From: Diadema antillarum | Lineage: Eukaryota | Direction: 5' to 3' | Assembly (NCBI RefSeq): GCF_040938485.1 | Contig: NW_027270925.1 | Coordinates: 1,240,001-1,304,000, forward strand | DNA: 64,000 nucleotides | Part shown: positions 26,760 through 38,829 of the stretch, in pieces | Numbering within the stretch: the stretch's first letter is position 1 | How the letters are laid out: the number at the start of each line of letters is the position of its first letter | The notes under the pieces: generated by a model | What the model saw: only the letters and a program-made list of their open reading frames with translations | Told to the model about the DNA's origin: nothing | Databases searched by the model: none | Translations under genes and position numbers: made by a program

Positions 26760-28279
26760 GGTCAGAAATGCAAGAACCTGATTGGCTATCAAATATCAAA
26801 CAAAATTTTCTTTTTGAACAAAATAACTTACGTATAGTGTTCAATCCTGAAAAGAATTCTTTGCCCTCTCTTGAGTGCTCTTATTCAGGAAACCTCCGAA
26901 TCAGAAAGGATATGGATGCATAAGGATTTAACTGAGTGGAAATCAATAGTCAGCGAGTCACGATTCAATCTTTTCTGCCATTTCTGTTTGAAAGAACGTC
27001 CTTCAATAGAGAAAAATAGGGTTAAAAGATGATGGTATGGTATTTTGCAGACTATAACGTATAAATTGCATTTTTCTGATAACTTCAAATCCCTGGGTCT
27101 GAATGGTTGAAGAATTCTATTCAGTAATAGAATCCTCTATTCCCACTTTACGTGAGAGATTTGTCCACGTGAAATAAGAAGTATTTCCCGTCCATATGGC
27201 ATCAACAAACAAACCTGGGTGATAAGTTCGTTTATGCTCGTAAGGGATAAATGGTGAGAGGGTAAACTATAATGTTGCGTACTTCTTTGAATATTAACAC
27301 AAAAATACGTACTAACTAAAGTGCCGCTGCATCCTCCCACGAGTGTTTGTTATGTATATGTGTGAAAAATAGTTGTATTATTTTTATTATTATTATTATC
27401 ATTATCAGTATTATTATCATTATCAATGGATTACAAAAAGTGACGGTTGTCAATGTATTAACTCGTTCTAATATGTGGAGAGAGAAAAAAATCAGGGAAG
27501 TTGCATTCAAAACGACACTACATTTGAATAGGGATATGCGTGGTAGTAATAACCTGCTCGCTTGAATGGTGCTTACTCGATTATCCCTTTATTTTGTCTG
27601 ATTGTGTAAATGGGACCATTATTATCCTCGTCAAATGTTTTCTTAAGATAATGTCTTCTGCATTTCTATCATGTGTATTATGTTTAGATAAGCACATTTT
27701 TTTTCTCTTAATCCACAGGTGCACAATATTCTTCAGCTTGAATATGCATATAATGACACCTGCATGTCTTAACATAAATTATCATGAAAATGTTGTACAT
27801 TACATTTAATTATTTGCCTGTTTCCAAGTGTTTTCACTTATTCAAATATTACTCAATAACTTTGTATAATGACCTTTGTGCTACATTGTATATTACAAAA
27901 AGCGTGGAAAAATTGAAAAAGGAGAAAAACGAATGGAAAAACTATATAAAAAAAACAACAACCATATGGATTCCACCTGTACCTTTACGTTTCTGGATTT
28001 GGGCGTATTAGACACCAACTAGATCCCCCTGAATGATTTGAACAAATAGAATGATTACGCTAAGATTCATCGCAATTTTTGTTTAATATTATAGTAAAAT
28101 GATACATGGAACGAGCCTGGAAATTTTAGAAACGTAAAATGTACTTGATACGCTTATTACTTGTAATAATCACGCGCAAATCTCCCGTAAACCCAAAGAC
28201 GTATCATGTTCGAAGTCAATCTTTTCACGAAACGTCATTATATTACTACATTGTATTTCAAACTATAGCACGACTTACA

Positions 28280-30720
28280 CTAGTGAGAGATAGAGGGAAA
28301 TGTGTAAAGATGATTTCGTAAGAAGTTGTGAATTGCTCTTTGACAATATTCTTGTGTCCCCGTAATCTTACAAAATACTGAATGAGATATACAATAGCAA
28401 AAAAAAACAACAACAACAACAAGTTTAAATAGACATAAAACCCAGACAATCCGGTATAGGTCCGGATTGACGTGGTCCTGATCGATGGCGTAGAGGAGTA
28501 GGACGATGATTTGAAGTAGCCAGGCGATCACAAACCGGGCAAAGAGACTTGTATACATGTACGGAGGAGATAAACTTGACTATGATTGTTTCAGATTGTG
28601 TTTAAAAATAAAACATACTTTTCGTTCCTATTTTGATCTCAATTTGTACGTCTAATTTCAACGATTCATATTGAATCACACATAATGAGCTTAAGCAAAG
28701 TTTGAAAATGATTGACATATTTCGAGAGTAATGAAAATTAATCAAAAGTAATGTGTCATTGATAGATTAAAGTGCAATGAATAACAATAAAATAAATATG
28801 TATACAGTGCGTATCAAAAAAAAAAAGTTAATGAAATTTTGGAGGGCTACTTTTTTATAATTGTCAGCTATGGAGAGCGCAATATTAGTTGTGAGGAAAG
28901 GGGAACTCTTCCTCTTTCCATTGATACCTAATTATGTTGACAATTGTCATACGTGACTGAGCACATGGACTTTAAAGACAACAATGACAAATTGCACTTT
29001 TTCCAAGTTTGTGTGCTATTGTAAATGTCTCACTGCATGGATGAGATCTGTCAATGAAAGTGGTCAAATCATCAGGCCACCCTGCATGACTGCAGATTCA
29101 TGTTTAGGAGTTCTTCTTAAGCCTTATGGTTCATAACCTTCAACATGACCGCGTTGTCTATAGCTTGGTCCTTCCCATTAAGGCAAAACCATTATCCATT
29201 TTACTCTCTTCATATTCAAGACATGGTTTGTCACTGGGATTTATATGTTGAATATGAACACAGAAAAATGGACTGTGTAGGTTTGTCTCTGTGGGAGCTA
29301 CCAAATTATCAAACAAAAGGCCACATGTTAAAGGTTATGGACCATTCAATGCTAGGAGAATACCTAAGCACAATCCCTACACACAAGCCTGCATTTGTAC
29401 AGGCTGGCCTATTTGGCCACTTTCGTTGACAGATCTCATCCATGTAGTGAGACATGCATTGTTCCTTCACAATAACATGCAAACTTGGAAAAAGTGCAAT
29501 TTGTCATTGTTGTCTTTAAAGTCCATGTGCTCAGTCAGTATGACAATTGTCGACATAATTAGGTATCAATGGAAAGAGGAAGCCCCTTTCCTCACAACCA
29601 ACATTGTGCTGTTCATAGCTAACCATTATAAAATGGTAGCCCTCCAAAGTTGGATTACATTTTTTTTACGCTCTGTATTGAACAATGGAAGGACCATCTC
29701 GATCTCTTGTATTAGATTACATTTCAAAAGGGTCTGAAAGTCAAGAACTTTGACCAATCAGTAACGTTGACGCGCAACAAACTTTATTTCATCCCAATCA
29801 CGTGCTTTTTCTACAAACCTTTAGTGGTGCCATTGCCTGTTGTACCGCCTCTCAAGAGATTGGTAACACACTGCCAGACGTTACTTTCATCTGCTGATGT
29901 CGCTCGCTTAATATCATTGCCTTACTTACAACGTCGGAGGAAATAAAATATTTTACGTTATTACACTATCATTTTTTTCAGCACATCGTTGGAATAAAGA
30001 TATCCATGTGTTTTACGGTCATGGTGTAGTTTAACGGGAAAAGCAGTAAACATTTATTTTGAAAAGACAGTCTGGCTCTCACAGGGTTTATGAAGAAAAG
30101 AACAAAACTGAATCTGAAAAAAAAAATATGAATACAAAACAAAATATTAAAAGTGTGACGTTTAGAAAATCTAGACTTAGAAACGCTATTTCATGTTACA
30201 TTTCATCTGTGATTTCATTTTATCATCGAGCGGTGTTTGTCACCACGCATCGCAGATGTTGAGGAATAAAGGGTAGAAGGCACTGGTCACTGGCTGACCA
30301 ATCCAGCATGGAATTCAGAGGAAAACTGGCGATAGGGATATGGACTAACATTCCGGTAAGACACAACCAACGAGGAGATAAAAAAAGTTAATGATATAGA
30401 AGGTGAATGTTCGAAGTCGTTTTTTTTTTTCAAAAATAAGCGATAGGGTTTAAGGTCTAATTCATTAGTACGTTGCAGTAGGTGGTAAATGAGAAGATAT
30501 TAACTGATGCGGGTTTTGATCACGCCCATGACGAGATGAAAACATTGCAAAGAGTCCTGGAGATCTAGATTTGGCAAGTTAAGGTGTAATTCGAACTCGT
30601 TTGTTACATGAAACGCTGTCAGAGTCATAAGATTGCACAAGGGTTGGCGATCTTGGAACACAGCCGGCCAAAAACGCCTCAAATATTGCTATGATATGAG
30701 GAGATCGGTTATGAAGGAAG
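28280..30720 (-). pseudogene. Decayed older GPCR paralog psi3
   Basis: ORF relics 30500-30682 and 28280-28558; duplicate of psi1. Confidence 0.72.
28805..29675. mobile_element. Foldback MITE copy, D-E spacer
   Basis: Near-identical to 14420-15290. Confidence 0.85.
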
Positions 30721-31424
30721 TGTTCATGTATATCTAATGACATTCAAAATAAAATCATAACAAGTTTCTGTTGATCATTTATCAACTACATTTCTTATTC
30801 AACCGTATTTCCATAACATTTTATTCTTACAAAATACGTTATGGCTTGACATTTCTGGTACTAGTAATCTTATGCAGATAACAATCAGACTTAATCTTCT
30901 GTAATACATGTAAAGATTGTGTGAGTTTACACTATAAGCAGCAAGCTTTAGCAATTTTGAGAAGCTTTTAGCAATCATTTTACTATATGTACGTCAACTT
31001 GCACACTCAATAAAGCAAAGTATGATGACTGTTTGGAATTTCTAATCAATGGCGTTATTTTATGGTTCAATTATACTGTGGTCTTGAGTGTGTAGCACGC
31101 TTTTGTCATCCTATCATCATTTTGCCATATTCCTATTCGCTTAGTTTCGCTTAGCTCATAACATTACTTTGCTGAACGAAAGTCGCTATATTACTGTGCA
31201 GCGTCCCAAAAGTAGTGATTACGTAAAGTCTGTTACATGTTGTTACATGTACACACCTTTCAAATAGGGAAATGGAAAGGTCAAAAATATGATCTCAATG
31301 AATTAATCAATCAAACCTACAAATAAAGTTTAAAAAAATAGAAGATAAACATAAATAAAACTTTTCTAACCTTTGTGCATTCGTGCGCAACAGGATCAAA
31401 ATAGTGTACAAGAGTGATAATGGG

Positions 31425-31459
<35 letters not shown>

Positions 31460-31492
31460 TTACAACACAGAGAGAATTTTAATCACTGAAGC

Positions 31493-33504
31493 CTATCTGC
31501 CACGGCAGGTCATCATATTTCTGAGTGTAGCCCGTAGCAGTGGCTGGGTGATAGCGTAGGAGATGGGGTTCAGGAGACTGTTGCAGAACGTCATCCAGCT
31601 GAAGAATAGCGTTACTGAACGGGGCAGGCCGGGTACGATGAGGACCGGTTCGATGGCATAGATGAGTCGGATGATGCTGTTTGGCATCCATGAAATCACA
31701 AAAGACAAGACAATGAAGAGAAGCGTACGTTGTGCCTTTCTCGTCTCGGCTGCCGATTCACTCTTCACCTATATGTAATATGGAAGAGATAGAGCAAGAA
31801 CGGCAATAATCTATCAGCGTGGCCTCCTTGTTCTTCCTGAAGAAGCGGCTATTGGTAGAAGTAAAATGTTATTAAGTTTTAATTTTACATGATTACGTGC
31901 CATTAAGAGAAATGATTATTTTTCCTTCATTCTGGTGACTCCATGATCATTGTTAAATCACTATTTTTCAACTATTATTTTTTATTATCGTGGATACGGC
32001 AATATGTGCAGAAGGATGTGCGTGCAATTTTGCCGGAACCTCGACAACTTGTCCTCTAGAACCAGGGTAAGTGAGTTACGAGCACTGCTATTACTTGCAT
32101 ATAAATTATTATGTTTAAAAGTGCAATCATGACATGTGCATTGTATGAAGCTATGCTGTTGATACATAGTTACTATAAAGATGGATTTTAATTGACGAAG
32201 GCGAGTACCGCAATGATTAAATTATAAGTTATCATAATGTTGCTTTTGTGTTAGTTATCTGCGTCTTGACGTATTGGCATGTGGCACCCTACGCTTGTTT
32301 ACACCTTGACTTTTCAGAGATTTGTTTTGTTAATGGATAAACAGAAATGCAGATGCGTGTCTTCTTCACAAACATACAAATATGTCATTCTTTATTATGT
32401 AATTTCTTTCCCTGCATGTTTGCCATTTCGCCTCTAACTATCTTGGATCGAAAGATCAGGCCTCTTTTGACCAAAAAAGAACAAAAAATAGAAGAATAAA
32501 ACGAATGGCTTTTACTCTTTTACTCCTTTATTTCTTACTGTTTTTGTGGGTGACGTGTTCTAATAGGAAGATTTTTATATTGTATGATATCTTACCGCAT
32601 GTCCAGAGTCATTCAGAAATTTGCTGTGTCCGCGCATCTTTGGCAAGCTCATAGAAACATCGCGTTTCTTTTTGACAGACTCAACATGAATGTCATTTGG
32701 AGATGTAATTGACGAAGTCGAGAATTCTCTCATATTACCACCCATTGCTGAAGTATTCATAATTGTACTGGCGTGATCGTTTCCTTGAGATGTTTTCCTG
32801 ACATTCTTGCCACCGACCGTCTTTTGAATCTTCCTAAAGATTCGAAGGTAAAGAACAACAACCAAAACTAATGGCAGGTAAAACAAGACAGTAATGTTGA
32901 CGACGTATGCCCAAGGATTGTGAGTAAATCGACGAACGCAATGGCGTCCATTGTCGAAGTCGTCAATGAACTCCCAGACTGTAACAAACGGCATCCAAAA
33001 AGCAAGAGCAGCGATCCACGGCAGGGAGTTAACGAAAAGTGCTTTACGTTTACTGCGAGTCATATAGTGGTTGATCGGGTCGTAGGTAGCACGATGACGG
33101 TCGGCGCAGATGATCACGACGACAAAATTAGAAGAACTGGTGACCGCCTGACCGAGTCCACCAAGGATCTTACAAAACACTTGGTTCAAAGGATAGTAGC
33201 CAAAGTAGGTATGGACAACGCCAGTGGTGAGACTTAGACCAACGAGGAGATCGAGAATAGACAGGTTGATGATAAAGTAGTTGTTGTAGGTGCGCAGTCG
33301 TTTTTCCACGCCAAATGCTGCAAGGGACAGACAGTTTGCGGCAATGATTAATGTTGTAAACAACATCGGCCAAAATAGTCCATTGATGTTAACAACTTTA
33401 GAAAGGACTACAGGAACGTCATTTTGTGTCTCGTTTCCAGTATTATTTTCAAATTCGATCTCAGGGGGTAACGTAAAAGACGAAGTCCATGCCATGGTCG
33501 ACAT
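31493..33504 (-). CDS. Class A GPCR copy E; exons 33504-32596 and 31768-31493; ~394 aa
   Basis: 7TM motifs and conserved splice sites. The exon-2 peptide is identical to copy C. Confidence 0.93.
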
Positions 33505-33655
33505 ACTGTACCCTATGCTATCGTTGTCATTAATGAAATATTTTTTATAGTTCAGTTGTCTCGTTAGATGGGATATTTCTTGATCGTGCTCCTTGACGTG
33601 ATGTTTTCGATATCTCTGAGCAAGTGGTTTATATATATATGTATATATACAATAT

Positions 33656-33704
<49 letters not shown>

Positions 33705-34062
33705 CAGTATACAGGTTTGTAGTCAAGCACTGTCAAGCGTATAAGAATTGTATGATAAATAACACTTCGTACTGAGAATCTATATATCTAAGAATCTTTC
33801 CTCTATCGTTTATGATTAACATTGTTGAGAGTATGAATGTTGTCTTTCCTTTCTCTTTATTTTTCAAATTGTTTGCTGGAAAAGAGTTTTCAGAAACAAA
33901 CTCTTTTGAGTGATTTGAGGAAAAGAGGAATTGATCGATGCAAGTGCCACTTTATGTTATTTACCTGAACTAATTCATCAGTGGACTAAGTTCATAGTCT
34001 AAAGAATCTACACGAATCTTAGCACAATAGAACAGGAATCAATAGGATTTTCTTTTTTGGTT

Positions 34063-34115
<53 letters not shown>

Positions 34116-35630
34116 GGTCAGAAATGCAGGAACCTGATTGGCTATCAAATATCAAACAAAATTTTCTTTTTGAACAAAATAACTTACGTATAGTGTTCAA
34201 TCCTGAAAAGAATTCTTTGCCCGCTCTTGAGTGCTCTTATTCAGGAAACCTCCGAATCAGAAAGGATATGGATGCATAAGGATTACTGAGTGGAAATCAA
34301 TAGTCAGCGAGTCACGATTCAATCTTTTCTGCCATTTCTGTTTGAAAGAACGTCCTTCAATAGAGAAAAATAGGGTTAAAAAAGATGATGGTATGGTATT
34401 TTGCAGACTATAATGTATATATTGCATTTTTCTGATAACTTCAAATCCCTGGGCCTGAATGGTTGAAGAATTCTATTCAGTGATAGAATCCTCTATTCCC
34501 ACTTTAGGTGAGAGATTTGTCCACGTGGAATAAGCGGTATTTCCCGTCCATATGGCATCAACAAACAAACCTGGGTGATAAGTTCGTTTATGCTCGTAAG
34601 GGATAAATGGTGAGAGGGTAAACTATAATGTTGCGTACTTTTGGAATACTAACACAAAAATACGTACAAACTAAAGTACTTCATGCTCGCACGAGTGTTT
34701 GTGTATGTTTATGTGTAAAAAATAGTTTTATTATTATTATTGTTTTCATTATTATTATGATTATTGTTGTTATTATTATTATTATCAATGGATTACAAAA
34801 AGTGACGGTTGTCAATGTATTAACTCGTTCTAATATGTGGAGAGAGAAAAAAAAATCAGGGAAGTTGCATTCAAAACGACACTACATTTGAATAGGGATA
34901 TGCGTGGTAGTAATAACCTGCTCACTTATATGGTGCTTACTCGATTATCCCTTTATTTTGTCTGATTGTATAAATGGGACCATCATTATCCTCGTCAAAT
35001 GTTTTCTTATGATAATGTCTCCTGCATTTCTATCATGTCTATTATATTTAGATTAGCACATTTTTTCTCTTAATCCACAGGTACACAATATTCTTCAGCT
35101 TGAATATGCATGTAAAGACACCTGCATGTCTTAACATAAATTATCATGAAAATGTTGTACATTACATTTAATTATTTGCCTTTTTCCAAGTGTTTTCACT
35201 TATTCAAATTTTACTCAATAACTTTGTATAATGACCTTTGTGCTACATTGTATATTACAAAAAGCGTGGAAATTGAAAAAGGAGAAAAACGAATGGAAAA
35301 ACTAAAGAAACAACAACAACCATATGGATTCCACCTGTACCTTTGCGTTTCTGGATTTGGGCGTATTAGACACTAACTAGATCCCCCTGAATGATTTGAA
35401 CAAATAGAATGATTACGCTAAGATTCATCGCAATTTTTGTTTTATATTATAGTAAAATGATACATGGAACGAGCCTGGAAATTTTAGAAACGTAAAATGT
35501 ACTTGATACGCTTATTACTTGTAATAATCACGCGCAAATCTCCCGTAAACCCAAGGACGTATCATGTTCAAAGTCAATCTTTTCACGAAACGTCATTATA
35601 TTATTATTTCAAACTATAGCACGACTTACA

Positions 35631-38065
35631 CTAGTGAGAGATAGAGGGAAATGTGTAAAGATGATTTCGTGAGAAGTTGTGAATTGCTCTTTGACAATAT
35701 TCTTGTGTCCCCGTAGTCTTACAAAATACTGAATGAGATATACAATAGCAAAAAAAAAAAAAAACAACAACAACAACAACAAGTTTAAATAGACATAAAA
35801 CCCAGACAATCCGGCATAGGTCCGGATTAACGTGGTCCTGATCGATGGCGTAGAGGAGTAGGACGATGATTTGAAGTAGCCAGGCGATCACAAACCGGGC
35901 AAAGAGACTTGTATACATGTACGGAGGAGATAAACTTGACTATGATTGTTTCAGATTGTGTTTATAAATAAAGCATACTTTTCGTTCCTATTTTGATCTC
36001 AATTTGTACGTCTAATTTCAACGATTCACATTAAATCACATATAATGAGCTTAAGCAAAGTTTGAAAATGATTGACATATTTCGAGAGTAATGAAAATTA
36101 ATCAAAAGTAATGTGTCATTGATAGATTAAAGTGCAATGAATAACAATAAAATAAATATGTATACAGTGCGTATCAAAAAAAAAAGTTAATGAAATTTTG
36201 GAGGGCTACTTTTTTATAATTGTCAGCTATGGAGAGCGCAATATTGGTTGTGAGGAAAGGGGAACTCTTCCTCTTTCCATTGATACCTAATTATGTTGAC
36301 AATTGTCATACTTGACTGAGCACATGGACTTTAAAGACAACAATGACAAATTGCACTTTCTCCAAGTTTGTGTGCTATTGTAAATGTCTCACTGCATGGA
36401 TGAGATCTGTCAATGAAAGTGGTCAAATCATCAGGCCAGCCTGCATGACTGCAGATTCGTGTTTAGGGGTTCTTCTTAAGCTTTATGGTTCATAACCTTC
36501 AACATGACCGCGTTGTCGATAGCTTGGTCCTTCCCATTAAGGCAAAACCATTATCCATTTTACTCTCTTCATATTCAAGACATGGTTTGTCACTGGGATA
36601 TATGTGTTGAATATGAACACAGAAAATGGACTGTGTAGGTTGGCCTCTGTGGGAGCTACCAAATTATCAAACAAAAGGCCACATGTTAAAGGTTATGGAC
36701 CATTCAATGCTAGGAGAATACCTAAGCACAAACCCTACACACAAACCTGCATTTGTACAGGCTGGCCTATTTGGCAACATTTTATTGACAGATCTCATCC
36801 ATGGAGTGAGACAAGCATTGTTCCTTCACAATAACACCCAAACTTGTCATTGTTGTCTTTATCATGTTTATAGTTCATGTGCTCAGTCATACATGACAAT
36901 TGTCGACATTATTAGGTATCAATGGAAAGAGGAAGTCCCTTTCCTCACAACCAACATTGTGCTCTTCATAGCTAACAATTATAAAATGGTGGCCCTCCAA
37001 AGTTGGATTACTTTTTTTTTTACGCTCTGTATTGAACAATGGAAGGACCATCTCGATCTCTTGTATTAGATTACATTTCAAAAGGGGCTGAAAGTCAAGA
37101 ACTTTGACCAATCAGTTGACGCGCAGCAAACTTTATTTCATCCCAATCACGTGCTATTTCAATCAAACCTTTAGTGATACCATCGCCTGTTGTACCGCCT
37201 CTCAAGAGATTGGTAACACACTGCCAGACGTTACTTTCATCTGCTGATCTCGCTCGCTTACTATCATTGCCTTATTTACAACGTCGGAGGAAATAAAATA
37301 TTTTAAGTTATTACACTATCATTTTTCAGCACATCGTTGGAATAAAGATATCCATGTGTTTTACGGTCATGGTGTAGTTTAACGGGAAAAGCATTGAACA
37401 TTTATTTTGAAAAGACAATCTGGCTCTCACAGGATTTATGAAGAAAAGAACAAAATTGAATCTAAAAAAAATGAATACAAAACAAAATATTCAAAGTGTG
37501 ACGTTTGGAAAATCTTAACTTAGAAACGCTATTTCATGTTACATTTCATCTTTGATTTCATTTTATCATTGAGCGGTCTTTGTCATCGCAGATGTTGAGG
37601 AATAAAGGGTAGTTCGAAGGCACTGCTATGGACACTGGCTGACCAATCCAGCATGGAATTCAGAGGAAAACTGGCGATAGGGATATGGACTAACATTCCG
37701 GTAAGACACAACCAACGAGGAGATAAAAACATTTAATGATAAAGAAGCTGAATGCTCGAAGTCGGTTTTTTTTTTCAAAACTAAGCGATAGGGTTTAAGG
37801 TCTAATTCATTAGTACGTTGCAGTAGGTGGGGAATGAGAAGACATTAAGTGATGCGGGTTTTGATCACGCCCATGACGAGATGCAAACATTGCAAAGAGT
37901 CCTGGAGATCTAGATTTGGCAAGTTAAGGTGTAATTCGAACTCGTTTGTTACATGAAACGCTGTCAGAGCCATAAGATTGCACAAGGGTTGGCGATCTTG
38001 GAACACAGCCGGCCAAAAACGCCTCAAATATTGCTATGATATTGGGAGATCGGTTATGAAGGAAG
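35631..38065 (-). pseudogene. Decayed older GPCR paralog psi4
   Basis: ORF relics 37845-38027 and 35631-35918; duplicate of psi1. Confidence 0.72.
36165..37029. mobile_element. Foldback MITE copy, E-F spacer
   Basis: Same termini; shares an internal deletion with the C-D copy. Confidence 0.83.
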
Positions 38066-38829
38066 TGTTCATGTTATCTAATGACATTCAAAATAAAATC
38101 ACAACAAGTTTCTGTTCATCATTTATCAACTACACTTCTTATTCAACCGTATTTCCATAATATTTTATTTTTACAAAATTCTTTGCGGCTTGACATTACT
38201 TGTAACCTTATGCAGATAACAATCAGACTTAATCTTCTGTAATACATGTAAAGATTGTATGAGTTTACACTATTAGCAGCAAGCTTTAGCAATTTTGAGG
38301 AGCTTTTAGCAATTATTTTACTATATGTACGTCAACTTGCACACTCAATAAAGCAAAGTCTGATGACTGTTTGGTATTTCTAATCACTGGCGTTATTTTA
38401 TAGTTCAATTATACTGTAGTCTTGAGTGTGTAGCACACTTTTGTCATCATATCATCATTTTGCCATATTCCTATTCGCGTAGCTTTTCATATAACTCAAA
38501 ACATTACTTTACTGGACGAAAGTCGCTATATTGCTGTGCAGCGTCCAATCAACACTGGCAGAAAGTAGCGATTTTGTCTATAACATGTTCTTACAAGTAC
38601 ACACCTTTCAAATAGGGAAAAGGACAAGTCAAAAATATGATCTCAATGCATTAATCAATCAAACCTACAAATAAAGATCTAAGTTAAAAAAAGATGAACA
38701 GAAATAAAAATGTTGTAACGTTGGTGCATTCGAGCGCAACAGGATTAAGATAGTGTACAAGAGTGATAATAGGTTATACATAGGGGTTTTTTTTCGGTTA
38801 TACCACAGAGAAAATTTGATCACTGAAAT

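Noticed and set aside
14758-37069. Repeated + strand ORFs (MTALSIAWSF..., MGATKLSNKR...) in spacers
   Set aside because: They lie inside the non-coding foldback MITE, have no transposase motifs, and their frames break differently between copies.
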